64,000 bases of DNA from NCBI GenBank assembly GCA_030390025.1, contig CM059431.1, positions 139,874,001 to 139,938,000 of the forward strand. Reading direction: 5' to 3'. The notes beneath the pieces were generated by a model. The model was not told the origin of the DNA. It did no database searches and saw only the letters and a list, made by a program, of their open reading frames with translations. The translations under genes and the position numbers were made by a program. This document shows positions 12,771 to 25,800 of the stretch, piece after piece (the first letter of the stretch is position 1; every line of letters begins with the position of its first letter). Origin of the DNA: Squalus acanthias. Lineage: Eukaryota.

Positions 12771-13289
12771 AGAGCGGACATAGAACCCTTTAGTACTACT
12801 GGAATCCACAAATATATTTTCACTCTCTTCAAAATGTTATAACCAGGATCGTTTCGCTCCGACTCCCGTTCAAACCTAAGTCCTGTCTTACAGTTAACAG
12901 GTCACAGCACCCAGGAGGACAGGGGCAGAAGGTGCATGGGATCACCATCGGCTCACATTTACCCTCCAGGTTATACAGCGACCCGACTTGGACATATATC
13001 GCAGATCGTCATCATCACTGTGTCAACATCATGGAAACCCTACCCAAGTGTTCCTGTTCCAACAGTTTTATTAATTCCGCTCTCTAGTCTCAGATCCGGC
13101 CATTTTCCACCCTCCAGTCATATCAGCTGATTCCCTCCCACTGCTCCATTCACTCACTCTGGAAAATAATTGTTGTTGGTTGATTCAGATCACGGCGGTC
13201 CCTTCCCTTCTCCCTGAACACACTCTATTGTCCCAAGAACATGAACCCTTCCCTCCTGCTCCAGCCCTGCCGCTGTACATTCACCTGCC

Positions 13290-13700
13290 TCATATTTCCC
13301 TCCATACGCAGCCCAGTGCAAAACAATCCGGAGATCACCACCTTGAGGCTTGATTTTTAGTCTAGAGCCTCAGTCTCAATATTCCCGCTATAAACGCATT
13401 TCTATCCGTGTTACTGGTTTCGACCATGGATATTGTCTGCTCCCCTTTCCTTCCTAGAGATGGTCCCAACCGTTCCAGGATGCTCTTTCCTCTGGCAACA
13501 GGGAGACAACATAACATTCGGGACCTGCTCAGAGCTGAAGTATCTGTCTATTCCGCTAAATATAGAATCTCCCACCAGTATCGCTCTCCTATTCCTGTGC
13601 CCCACCTGCCTCTCACGCCCGTCCCACTCTGGGTGACCTCCTGCTACCTAGTCTCACACTGTTGCTCAGGAAGTCCCTCCTCTGAGTTACTGTCTCCATC
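13290..13700 (-). mobile_element. CR1 ORF1 esterase-like fragment
   Basis: Translates RRAILVGDSIFSGIDRYF...IHGRNQ, matching the GDSIVRG.DR and HIGTND motifs of the other ORF1 copies. Confidence 0.65.
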
Positions 13701-13920
13701 CACCTTACAATCTCCAATACCAGGTATCTATTGGACAGTTCCAGTACTCAGGGGCTCCCTCCAGCTGTGACTGCGATTCCCATCTAGATTGTCACTCACT
13801 TCCCTCTTTCTATTCATCCCCTGTCCTGTTCCCTCTTCCTGTGTGAGCTGCAGTATCTTACACGAGATCTGGACACGTTGACGGGACAGAAATTATATTT
13901 TAATAATTTTTTTAACCTAC

Positions 13921-14013
13921 CTTTGTCCTTTCTCATTCTTGAAGATGTTGGATCTTCTCGCCTGTTTGGACCTTCAGCCATGCTGGTGACAGGCGTTTCC
14001 ATATTCTGATGCT
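13921..14013 (-). CDS. Gene A first coding exon (ATG at 13981; an alternative in-frame ATG at 14002)
   Basis: Acceptor aatgcag, start context accagcATGG and donor G/gtaggt. Reads MAEGPNRREDPTSSRMRKDK. Conserved in the paralogue at 62738-62833. Confidence 0.8.
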
Positions 14014-14309
14014 CTGCATTAAATACAATATTAATAGGAGGAATAGATGGAAATATTGAAATGAAAAGGAGAACGTTGCCTTGTTAAACATGATATCAAG
14101 CTCCTCCTCCACCATCAGTACAACAGCTGTTAGCTCTGGGATCGAGCATTTCTCGAGTGTTACGATCAACTGTCCACATCAGGTGTGACACAGACAGCTG
14201 CCCAGTGAAATCCAGTGAGTCCCGCTGATCTCCACATAATTGAGTTCCAGACGGGCTCCCGTCGGTCGAGACTCCCCACTGGGAGCGCCCATTGGTGAGA
14301 TTTACTCAC

Positions 14310-14354
14310 ACAGGGGAGTCCAAAACCAGCCTTATTCCTGAGGCAGAGAATATT
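14310..14354 (-). other. Gene A 45-nt 5' UTR exon
   Basis: Acceptor ttttcctgcag and donor gtgagt. Length and both splice sites are conserved at 62402-62446. Confidence 0.7.
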
Positions 14355-14435
14355 CTGCAGGAAAATATGATGAATTGAATGATCCTTAACTCGGTTGTAC
14401 AGTGTGGCGGTATTGTATTATTTTATTTACGTATT

Positions 14436-15982
14436 GACCACCATTGACCCAGCCCTACACCGACACAACAATGACTCAGCCCTACAACGACACCACACTG
14501 ACCCAGCCCCACACCCACACCCCACTGATCCAGCCCCACATCTACAGCCCACTGACCCAGCCCCAGACAGACACCCACCTGGCCCAGCCCCAGACAGACA
14601 CCCACTGAAACAGCCGCACACAGACACCCCACTGACATAGCACCACATAGGCACCCCACTGAACCCGCCACACACAGACACCCAACTGACCCAGCCCCAC
14701 AACCACACCCATCTGACCCAGCCACACACCGACGCCACACTGACCCAGTCCCATACAGACACCCCACTGACCCAGCCCTACACCGACACGCCACTGACCC
14801 AGCCCTACACTAACACCCGACTGACCCAGACACATAGAAACACCAGACTGACCCAGCCCCACACCGACACCGCACTGACCCAGCCCCACACCGACACAAC
14901 ACTGACCCAGCCCCACAGCCACACCCCACTGACCCGGCCCCACACCCAGACCCCACTGACCCAGCTACATACCGACACCACACTGACCGAGCCACACATC
15001 AACACCCCACTGACCCAGCCCCAAACATAGATCAAACTGGCACTGCCTCACACCAACACCCGAATGACACAGCCACATACAGACACCACAGTGACCAGGC
15101 CCACACCGGCATCCCACTGACCCAGCCCTACACCCACACCCCATTGATCCAGCCCCACACCCACACCCCACTGATCCAGCCCCACACCCACACCACAATG
15201 ACTCAGCCCTACAACGACACCACACCGACCCAGCCACACATCTATACCTCACTGACCTAGCCCCACACAGACACCACATAGTTCCAGCCTCACACAGACA
15301 CTCCACTGATCCAACCCGTCACAGGTACCCCACTGAACCTGCCCCACACCGAATTCCACTGACACAGACGCACACAGGCATCCCACTGACACAGACCCGC
15401 ACAGTCACCCCACTGACCCATTACCACACAGGCACCCCACTGACCCAGCCTCACAAATACATCCCACTGACCCAGCCCCACACCCACACCCCACTGATCC
15501 AGCCCCACACCCACACTCCACTGATCCAGCCCCACACCGACACCCCACTGACCCAGCCCCACACCGACACCCCACTGATCCAGCCCCACACCGACACCCC
15601 GCATACACAGCCCCACACCGACACCCCACTGATACAGCCCCACACCCACACCCCACTGACCCAGCCCCACACCGACACCCCACATACACAGCCCCACACC
15701 GACACCCCACTGATCCAGCCCCACACCGACACCCCACATACACAGCCCCACACCAACACCCCACATACACAGCCCCACACCGACACCCCACTGATCCAGC
15801 CCCACACCGACACCCCACATACACAGCCCCACACCAACACCCCACATACACAGCCCCACACCGACACCCCACTGATCCAGCCCCACACCCACACCCCACT
15901 GATCCAGCCCCACACCCACACCCCACGGACCAAGCCCCACATAGACATTCCACTGACCCAGACCCAAATAGACACCCAACGA
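14436..15982 (-). repeat. C-rich 27-bp minisatellite (CCCCACTGACCCAGCCCCACACCCACA), diverged
   Basis: It is the reverse complement of the array at 49631-52540, with 9-aa periodicity (GLGQWGVGV). Confidence 0.93.
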
Positions 15983-16002
15983 GACAAGATTAAACGCCTC
16001 TA

Positions 16003-16760
16003 CAACAACAACAACTTGCATTATTATAGCGCCTTTAACGTAGCAAAACGACCCAATGCACTTCAGAGGAGGGTTACCAAAGAAAATGTGAACCAAGACA
16101 CACAACAAGATATTAAGACAGGTGATCAAAAGCTTGTTTAAAGAGCTAGGTTTAAGGAGAGTCATAAAGGAAGAGAGACCGAGGTAGAGAGGGAGTTGAA
16201 GCGCTTAGGGCCCATTCAGACGAAGGGAAGGCCGCTAATGGTGAAGCGACTGAAATCGTGGATGTGTAAGAGGCCAGAATTGGAGGAGCGCAGAGATCTC
16301 GGAGGGTTGTACAGGGCTGGAGGGAGCGGCGAGGCAATGAAGGGATTTGAAAACAAGGATGAGAATGTTAAAATCAAGGCGTTACCGGATCAGGAGACAG
16401 TGTATGTCAGAAAGCAAAGAGGTGATGGGTGAACAGGACTTGGTGCGAGTTAGGATACGGGCAGCAGAGTTTTGGATGAGTTCAAGTTTATGGAGAGTGG
16501 AAGATAGCAGGCCGACGATGAATGCGTTGGAATAGTCTAGTCTAGAGTTAACAAAGGAATGGATGTGATTTGCAGCAACAGATGACTGAGGCGGGGCAGA
16601 GGCGGGCGACTTTACGGAGGTGGAAGTGGGCGGTGTTGGTGATGGAGGGGATAGGTGGTCGGAAGCTCATCGCATGGTCACGGTTGCGAACGCTCTGATT
16701 CAACAACGGACAATGGTCAGAGAGAGGGATGGAGTCGGTGGCTCGGGAACACATTTCGTC
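16003..16760 (-). mobile_element. L2 LINE 3' portion
   Basis: Terminal (caa)n-cttgcattattatagcgcctttaacgtag. The minus strand reads TAHFHLRKVARL, an L2 ORF2-like motif. Confidence 0.78.
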
Positions 16761-17084
16761 ACCGGGACCGAACACAATGACAAATATTACCTGTCTACCT
16801 ACACCACAGGTGCTGCTCACCCAAGAGAATCCCTCCCAATCACACGGCTGGTTGATATTTGTCATGCATCTCCACACATCAGCAGAGTGCACGATCAAGG
16901 AACCACATGCAATGGAAGGCCTGGTCACACTCACAGACAGAGAAGGGGCGGGGGATTATTTGGAACTGACATGTATTGCAGTCTGGAGAGTCTTATCCTG
17001 GATATAACAGACATTGTACCAGGCAGGAATCATACATCTCTTCTAATATGAAAATCGGTCTCATATAACATTACAAACAGCAAA

Positions 17085-17272
17085 ATAATGACGATGCTGG
17101 AAATCTGTAATAAAAGCAGAACATGATGGAAACACTCAGCGGGTCAGGTATTGTCTGTGGGGAGGGGACGGGGGGATTAACGGTTCAGACAAATGACATT
17201 AACCCCACCTTCCTCTCCCCACAGACACTGCCTGACCCGCTGAGTGTTTCCAGCAATGTGTATTTTTATTTC
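17085..17272. mobile_element. Palindromic element, probably inverted termini of a Penelope-like repeat
   Basis: Perfect 22-bp inverted repeat at 17127-17148 and 17231-17252, inside imperfect arms of about 70 bp. The family call is from recollection of shark repeats. Confidence 0.6.
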
Positions 17273-17335
17273 TAATATTATTACCAAACCCTTTTTAAGT
17301 CTATATTCTGTGTTTTACTTGTTTTGGGTACTCAC

Positions 17336-18335
17336 CATTTCAGAATACACTGGGAATCTGATGCTCGCTGTGTATCTGATGTTGATTTTGGAAGATCATT
17401 CCCTGCTTGCTTTGAACGGTGTTGTTCTACTTCTGTAATGTGTGTGTCTGTGACCAATGAAACAGGAGGCAAACACTCAGCTGGCGTTTAATATCTTTCA
17501 CCGTCCCCAGGACTAAAAATTGGTGATGTCCAAAGGTAATGAAGCTGTGCTCAGCATTCACTATCTGACAATACTCTGTACCTGCTGGTCGCAGGCCTGC
17601 TGATCTTTGAGGTTTGTCTCTACATCGTCTTCAATGAATTGAGTATAATTAGTTTCCCTGTTCAATTTTTCCCCTTGATTTGTCAGCATTTCTGAGCTTT
17701 TTTAACATTGAGATCTGATGGTGTCGGTGTGAGTTCATCCGCACCTAATAAACAGACACGTGTCCATGTGCTGGGCTTGGCCTCAGACTGTAATCAACTC
17801 TCAGCTCAAATTCCTTTATTCTAAAATACACACAGGATTTACTTGTGACTGTGAGTTTAGAGACAGAGACTGATCTCACTTCACATTCCATTGCACGGAC
17901 TCATGCTGGATATTTGTGCTCGGTGGTCAGACTCTCCCAGTCTCATTCTCACCATTTCCTGCCTTACCTTGTAACCTTTGTGGACTGCCTACAGGACCAG
18001 TGTGTATCTGAGTCAATGGGACTCTCTGACCTTTCTCCCCAGTCCATCTCCAGGACCAGTGCGTATCTGAGTCAATGGGACTCTCTCTGACCGTTCTCCC
18101 CAGTCCATCTCCAGGACCAGTGAGTATCTGAGTCAATGGGACTCCCTCTGACATGTTTCCCCAGTCGATCTCTGGAAGCTCTTTGAATCGGAAGGGTTCT
18201 CTCTGGTTGGTGCTCTCACAATCCTGTGCTGGTTCACCTGCTGTTGTTCCTCAGTCTACAGTTCCTGTTTACTTCCAGCTGTGGACCTTTCTCATTCACT
18301 GAGTCATTCACCGGGAGATGTAATTATGGCAGGAC
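17336..18335 (-). pseudogene. Decayed copy of the gene B exon block (module copy 1)
   Basis: Colinear with 36214-37034. The donor TG/gtgagt at 17336 is retained and the upstream acceptor is mutated (ttttctg versus ttttcag). It has frameshifts and stops. Confidence 0.6.
17992..18173. repeat. 61-bp minisatellite, 3 units
   Basis: gaccagtgtgtatctgagtcaatgggactctctctgacctttctccccagtccatctccag repeated three times. Confidence 0.9.
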
Positions 18336-18377
18336 AGAAAATGAGACAAATATGCAGGTGTGAAGTAATATTTAGGA

Positions 18378-21060
18378 TCATAGATATTTACGGCAGAGAA
18401 GGAGGCCATTCGACTCATCAGTTATGTGCCGGCCGAAAAAGAGCTATCCAACGTAATCCCACTTCCCAGCTCTTCGTCCGTAATCTTTAGTTTATGGAAC
18501 TCCAAGTGCATATACCAGTACTTTTAAAATATGATGAGCGTTTCTGCCTCTACTACCCTACCAGGCAGTGCGTTCCAGACCCCCACCAATCTCTGGGTGA
18601 TAAAAGTTCTCCTCAACTTCACTTTAATCCTGCTACCAATCACTTTAAATCAATACCGCCTGGTTATTAAACTCTTAGCTAGGGGAAATCGGTCCTTCCT
18701 ATCCATTCTATCTTGGCCCCTCATAATGTTATACACCTAAATCAGGCCTCCCCTCAGCCTCCTCTGTTCCAAAGAAAACAACCCTAGCCAACCAATCCTT
18801 ACTCATAGTTAAAATTCTCCCTTCCTGGCTACATCCTCGTAAATCTCTGTACCTCTCTCGTGCAATCACATCTTTCTTGTAATGTGGTGACCAGGAATGT
18901 ACGCAGTGCTCTAGCTGTGGCCTAATTAGTGTTTTATACAGTTCAAACTTAACCTCACTGCTCTTATATTCTATGCCACGGCTAATAAAGGAAAGTATAC
19001 CGTATGACTTCTTAATCACTTTATCTTCCAGTCCTGCTACCTTCAGGGATCTGTGGACATGCAGTCCAAGGTCCCTCTGTTCCTCTACACTAATCAGTAT
19101 CCTTCCATTTATTGTGTATTCCCTTGCCTTGTTAGCCCTCCCTAAATGAATTACCCCACACTTCTTCGGATTGAACTCCATTTTCCACTTTTCTGCACAC
19201 CTGACCAATCCATTGATATCTACCTGTTGTCCATTGATATCTACCTTTCTGCCTCACCATCAAACACATGACCATTTTTGTATCATCTGCAAACTTCTTT
19301 ATCATGCCCCCTACATTGAAGTCTAAATGATTGTTGTATACCACAACAAAGCAAGGGAAGTAGTACCGAGCCCTGCAGCACCCCAGGTTTCCAGTAATAG
19401 AAGCATCCATCGACCATTACACTTTGCTGCTTGCCAATGAACCAATTTGCAATCCAACTTGCCAGTTTCCCTTGCATTCCATGGGCTTTTGCTTTTCTGA
19501 AGTCTGCCATGTGGGACCTTGTCAAAGGCCTTGCTAAATCCATGTAGAGTACATCGACCGCATTACCCTCATCGGCCCAAATTGTTACTTGCTGAAAAAA
19601 TTCAATCAATTTAGTCAGACACGACCTTCCCTTTAGAAATCCATGCTGACTGTCCTTGATTAATCCGTGCCTTTCAAAATGACGATTAATATTGTTCCTC
19701 AGAATTTTTCTAACAATTTACCCAACACCTAGGTTAGGCTGACTGGCCTGTAATTATTCAGTCTGTCCCTTTCTCCCCTTTTAAACAACGGTACAACTTT
19801 AGCAGTCCTCCAGTACTCCGACACCACACCTGTAGCCAGAGAGGATTGAAAACTGATGGCTAGAGCCTCCGCTCGTTCTTCCCTTGCTTCTCATAGCATC
19901 CTGGGATACATTTCATCTGGACCTGGCGAGTTATCTACTTTCAAAAATGCTAAACCCCTTAATACTTCTTCTCTCACTAGGATTATCTCATCTAATATTT
20001 CACACTCTTCCTCCTTAACTACAATGGCTGCATCGTCCTTCGCTTTTGTGAAAACAAACGCAAAATATTCATTATGAACCGTACCCATATCATCTGCCTC
20101 CACTCACAAGCTTTGTATTCGGTCTCTAATAGGCCCGAATCATTCCTGAGTTATCCTCTTGCTCTTTATGTATTTATAAAACATCTTTAGATTTTCTTTG
20201 ATTTTACTTGCCAGTATTTTTCATGTCTCACTTTGCTTTTCTCATTTCCTTTTATTAATTTCAATCCTGCACTTTCTACGCTCCTCTAAGCTTTCTTCAG
20301 TATTTAGCTCTCGGTCTCTGACATAAGCTTCCCTTTTTTAGCCAATTCTACCCTGTAGTCACTTGACATCCAGGGGGCTCTAGATTTGGGAGCCCAACTC
20401 ATTTTCTTTGTGGGAACATATTTGCTCTGAACCCTCACTATCTCGTCCTTGAATGCCTCCGACAGCTCTGACACTTCACGTAGCTGTTTCCATGCCACTT
20501 TTGATAAATCGCATCTCAATGTATAAAATTGGCCATTCCCCAATCGAGAAATGTTAATCCTGGTCTATCCTTGCCCATTCCCATAACTATATTAAATCTA
20601 ACTGAATTATCATCACTACCTTCAAAATGATCTCCCAGTGACATCCCTTCCTCCTAGCCCAGCTTCATTCCCTAAAACTAAGTCTAGAACTGCGCCCTCT
20701 CTGGTTGAGCTTGCAACGTAATGGTTAAATAAAGTTCTCCTGAAAGCATTTTATGAATTCTACGCTGTCTATACCTTTCACACTGAGTCTTACCAGTTAA
20801 TTTTAGGTAGTTGTAATGCTCTACTATTACTGCCCTAATGTTTTCGCACTTCTCAAAAATGTGCCTCTTCTAACTCCCTCTGACTAATTGTTGGTCGAAA
20901 GTACACTGCAACAGTGTAATTGTCCATTTTTTGCTCTTCAGTTCAACCCATATGGCCTCGCTTGATGATCCGACGAGCATATCATCACTCCTCACAGCTG
21001 TAATTGTTTATTAATCAATATTGAGAGTCTCCTCCTTTTTTGTCGCCCTCTCTATATCAT
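18378..21060 (-). mobile_element. CR1 LINE, degraded ORF2 (endonuclease-linker-RT) and 3' UTR
   Basis: Minus-strand ORFs contain KVDNSPGPD, KKFADDTK, MEFNPKKC and LYKTLIRPQLEHCV. Confidence 0.9.
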
Positions 21061-21238
21061 GTAATGTACACCTTTCCTCCAATGTCTCAGTGAAATAACA
21101 TTTCAGGGCACTTTATTTCTTTTGGTAGTCGTCCATTTACTCAGATCGGAGCACACCTGCCTGGGTTTCCTGCAACTCCCTAGAGTGTGGGCTGTAAATG
21201 TGCCATTTTGTCGCTGCACTACAGACAAACGAGCGGAG

Positions 21239-22868
21239 TCTGATCTCACTGGTCGCATCATCACCGGATTACACACAGTCTGATCTCACTGGGCTCACCC
21301 TCCACGGGATATACCGTCTGATCTCACTGGGCCCATCCTGCCCGGGTTACACACTGTCTGATCTCACTGGTCCCATCATCACCGGATTACACACAGTCTG
21401 ATCTCACTGGGCTCACCCTCCACGGGATATACCGTCTGATTTCACTGGGACCATCCTCCCTGGGATACACACAGTCTGATCTCATTGGACCCATCCTTCC
21501 AGGGTTAAATACTGTCTGATCTCACTGAGCCGAACCTCCCCGGGATACACGCTATGAAACATAGAAACATAGAATCTAGGAGCAGGAGTAGGCCATTCGG
21601 CCCGTCGAGCCTGCTCCAACATTCTATACGATCATGGCTGATCATCCAAGTCCAGTACCCTGTCCCTGCTTTAATCCCCACAGTACATATATCCCACCCT
21701 ACCCCCGTAACCCCACGTATTTAATTCCCCCTAACATATCCCATCCTATCCCCATAACCCCACATATTTAATCCCCCCCTAACACTAAGGGTCAATTTAT
21801 CATAGCCAAATCAACCTAACCCGCACATTTTTGGACTGTGGGAGGAAACCGGAGCACCTGGAGGAAACCCACGCAGACACGGGGAGAATGTGCAAACTCC
21901 ACACAGACAGTCACCCGAGGTCCGATTCGAACCCAAGGTCCCTGGCGCTGTGAGGCACCAGTGCTAACCACTATGCCACCGTGTTGCCCTCCGCGGGATA
22001 CGCACTGCTGATCTCACTGGGCCCATCCTCCCCGCGTCACACATTGTCTGATCTCACTGGTCCCTTCTACCCCGGGTTAAACACTGTCTGATCTCACTGG
22101 GCCTATCCTCCCCGGATTAAACACTGTCTGATGTCTCTGGGCCCTTCGACCCTCGTTTACATAATGATGTTTTCACTGGGCCCATCCTTCTCAGGTTGCA
22201 TATTGTCTGAACTCACTGGGCCCATTCGCCCAGGGTATCAGAAATGCAGATCTCACTGGGCCCATCCTCCCCGGGTTACACAGTCTTTGAGCTCACGGGG
22301 CCCATTCTCCCCGGTTTTCAGATTCCCTGATCACACATGGATCCATCTGCCTCGGGTTACACACTGTATGATCTCATTGGGCCCATTCTGACCGTGCTAA
22401 ACACTCACTGATAACACTGAGTCCATCCGCCCGAAGCACTCAATGTCTGATCTCATTTGGCCCATCCTCCCCTGGTTACAAACTGTCTGATCTCACTGGG
22501 CCCTTCCTCCCGGGGTTACACACTGTCTGATCTCACTGGGCCCATCCTCTCCGGTTTACACACTCTCTGATCGCACATGGGCCCATCCTCCCCGATTTAC
22601 AAACTGCCTGACCTAACTTAGCCCATCCGCCCCGGGTTACACACTGACTGATCTCACTGGGCCCCTCCTCCGATGGTTAAACAGTTTCTGATCTCACTGG
22701 GCATTCCTCCCCGGGTTACAAACAATCTGATCTCACTGGACACATCCTCTCCGAGTAATGCACTATCTTATCTCACTGGTCCCATCGTCCCCAGGTAACA
22801 CACTGTCTGATCTCACGGGACAATCCTCTCCGATTTACCTACTGTCTGATATCACTGGCCCCATTCTT
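21239..22868. repeat. 40-bp satellite (CTGATCTCACTGGGCCCATCCTCCCCGGGTTACACACTGT), block 1, containing a SINE insertion
   Basis: The unit recurs with a 39-40 bp period; copies are diverged. Confidence 0.92.
21554..21990 (-). mobile_element. HE1-type tRNA-derived V-SINE, near full length
   Basis: The minus strand has an A box TGGCATAGTGG and B box GGTTCGAATC. A V-domain-like core follows (tgtgtggagtttgcacattctccccgtgtctgcgtgggtttcctcc), then a CR1-like 3' end with an (ttctatgt)n tail. Confidence 0.9.
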
Positions 22869-22871
22869 CAA

Positions 22872-25800
22872 TTTAATTAATTGCATTAATTAAAGTGTAA
22901 GACATACAGCACAGCTCGGACCCGTGGCATGCTCCTCCTGCACTATATGGGAAATCAGGGACACTTCCTGTGTCTCTGACGGCTATCTGTGCATGGAAGT
23001 GTATCCAACTGCAGCTACTGGCAGACCGCATTGCGGCGCTGGAGCAGCGAATGGATACATACTGGAGATTTCGCGATGCTGAGGACGTCGAGGATAGCAC
23101 GTTTATGGAGTTGGTCACACGGCAGGTAAAGGCTGCACAGGCAGGAAGGGAATGGGTGACCACCAGGCAGATTAGTATGCGCAGTCAGGTAGTGCAGAGG
23201 TGCCCTGTGGCCATCCCCCTCTCAAACAGATACTGTTGGATATTGTTGGGGGCGATGGCTTATCGGGGGAAGGCGGCAATAGCCAACTTCCTGGCAACAG
23301 GGGTGGTTCTGGTGCACAGGTCGGGAGAAAAAAGAGCGGGAGAGCTACAGCGATAGGGTATTCTATTGTAAGGGTAATAGATAGAAGCATAGAAGATGGG
23401 AGCAGGTGTAGGCGATTCGTCCTCTCGAGTCTGCTCCGCCATTTAATAAGATCATGGCTGATCATCCAAATTCAGTACCCGTTCCCTGCTTTCTCCCCAT
23501 ATCCCTTTAGCTTTACGAAATATATCTATCTACTTCTTGCATGTATTTAATGAATTGCCCTCAACTGCCTTATGTGGTGGAGAATTTGACAGGTTCACCA
23601 CTCTCTGGGTGAAGAAATTCCTCCTCATCTCAGTCCTAAATGGCTTATCCCTTATCCTTAGACTGTGACCATTGGTTCTGGACTCCTGCAACATCGGGAG
23701 AAACCTTCCTGCATCAAGTGTGCCTAGTCTGTTAAAATGTTATAAGTTTCAATGAGATCCCCTCTCATTCTTCGAAACTCTGGCGAATATAAGCCTACTC
23801 GACCCAATCTCTCTTCATACGTCATTCCAGCCATCCCAGGTATCAGTCTGATAAATCTTCGCTGCACACTCTCCATGGCAAGAACATCCTTCCTCAGATA
23901 AGGCGACCAAAACTGCACACAATACTCAAGGTGTGGGCTCACCAAGGCCTTGTACAACTGCAGCAAGACATCCTTGCTCCTGTACTCGAATTCTCTCGCT
24001 ATGAAGGCCAACATATCATTTGCCTTCTTAACCGCCTGCTGCACCTGCATGCTTACCTTCAGCGACTGGTGCACAAGAACTCCGAGATCTCGTTGCACTT
24101 CCCCTTTTCCCAATCTATTGCCGTTCCGATAATAATCTGTCTTCCTGTTTTTGCCTCCAAAGTGGATAACCTCGCATTTATCCACATTATACTGCATCTG
24201 CCATGCATCTGCCCAATCACCCAACCTGTCCAAATCATACTGGAGTTTCTCTGCATCCTCCTCACAGCACACACGCCCACCCAGCTTTGTGTCGTCTGCA
24301 AACTTAGTGATATTACATCTAGTTCCCTCGTCTAGATCATTAATATATATTTTGAATGGCTGGGGTCCTAGCACCGATCCCTGCGATACCCCACGAGTCA
24401 CTGCCTGCCACTCGGAAAAAGACACGTTTATTCCAACTCTTTGCTTCCTGTCTGCCAACCAGTTCTCTATCCAAATCAGTACCTTACCCCCCAGTCACAT
24501 GTGCTTTAACTTTGCACGCTAATCTCTTGTGCGGGACCTTATCGAAAGCCTTCTGAAAGTCCAAATACACCACATTCACTGGTTCTCCCTTATCTATCCT
24601 ACCAGTTACATCCTCAAAAAATTCGAGTAGATTAGTCACGCATGATTTACCTTTTCTACGTGTTGACTGTGTCCGATTCTGTCACTGTTTTCCAAGTGCT
24701 CTGCTATTACATCTTTTATAATGGACTCTAGCATTTTGCCCACTACCGATGTCAGGCTTACCGATCTGTAATTCCCCATTTTTTCTCTAGCACCTTTTTT
24801 AAATAGTGGGGTTACATTAGCTACCCTCCAATCCATGGGAACTGTTCCATACTGTATAGAATTTTGAAAGATGACCGGCAATGCATCTATTATTTCTAGG
24901 TCCACTTCCTTAAGTACCCTGGGATGTAGATTATCAGGCCATGGGGATTTATCGTTCTTCAATCCCGTCAATTACCCTAACACCATTTCCCTACAAATAC
25001 TGATTTCCTTCAATTCCTCCCTCTCATTAGACCCTATGTTCCTAGACAGCTCTGGGAGTTTATTTGTGTCGTTTCTGCGGCCGCATACGAAACTCCAGGA
25101 TGGTATGTTGCCTCCCTGGTGCAAGGGTAAAGGATGTCTCGGAGCGGCTCCAGGGCATTCTGGAGGGGGAGGGTAAACAGCCAGTTGCCGTGGTGCATAT
25201 AGGAACCAACGATATAGGTAAAAAACTGGATGAGGCCCTAAAAGCTGAATTACGGAGTTAAGAGTTAAATTAAAAAATAGGACCTCAAAGGTAGTAAACT
25301 AAGGATTGCTACCAGTGTCACGTCCTAGTCAGAGTAGAAATAGAAGGATATTTCAGATGAATACGTGGCTAGAGGAATGTTGCAAGGGGGAGGGATTCAA
25401 ATTCCTGGGACATTGGTACCGTTTAAAGGGGAGGTGGGACCAGTACATACTGGACGGTTTACATCTGGGCAGGACCGGGACCGATGTCCAAGGGGGAGTG
25501 TTTGCTGGTGCTGCTGGAGAGGGTTTAAACTAAAATGGCAGGGCGTTGGGAACCGGTGCAGGGAAACAGAGGAAAGGGAAGCAATGATAGAAGCAAAAGA
25601 CAGGAAGGAGAAAAGCAAAAGTGGAAGGCAGAGAAATCAAGGGTGTAAATCGAACAGGGCCACATTAAATTATAATTTTAAAAGGACTAAGAGTGTTAGA
25701 AAATCAAGCCTGAAGGCTTTGTGTCTTAATGCGATTAGCTTCCGTAATAAGGTGGATGAATTAGCTGCGCAAATAGATGTAAACGCATATGATACAATTG

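Larger units (their letters stand above)
6600..14354 (-). pseudogene. Gene A: 5' part of a chondrichthyan NLR-like (NACHT-LRR, NLRC3/NLRP3-like annotation class) gene with a premature stop; continues beyond the left edge
   Basis: Five GT-AG exons: 14354-14310 (UTR), 14013-13921, 12448-12282, 6942-6771 and 6665-6600. Phases are compatible (1, 0, 1, 1). Translation: MAEGPNRREDPTSSRMRKDKD-PNSTINKFLTKCDDYQLF*LTKFYQDRLEQAVEEGVEGLSLWLTGEDHFSGQEYH-KVTELAEKGNRADSSKLLLTLVMEKGSGARRVMWESFLKMRHRLPKLDKILREIQELG-SDPFDYMNIRQGLSEVPRHLK. The family call is from recognition of shark NLR N-termini; no NACHT domain is visible here. Confidence 0.78.

Noticed and set aside
17170..17210. Hammerhead ribozyme in the hairpin loop or in the satellites
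   Set aside because: I found no CTGANGA plus GAAA catalytic core in suitable stems on either strand.
21915..21990. tRNA gene
   Set aside because: It is the tRNA-derived head of the SINE and continues into the V-domain and LINE-like tail.
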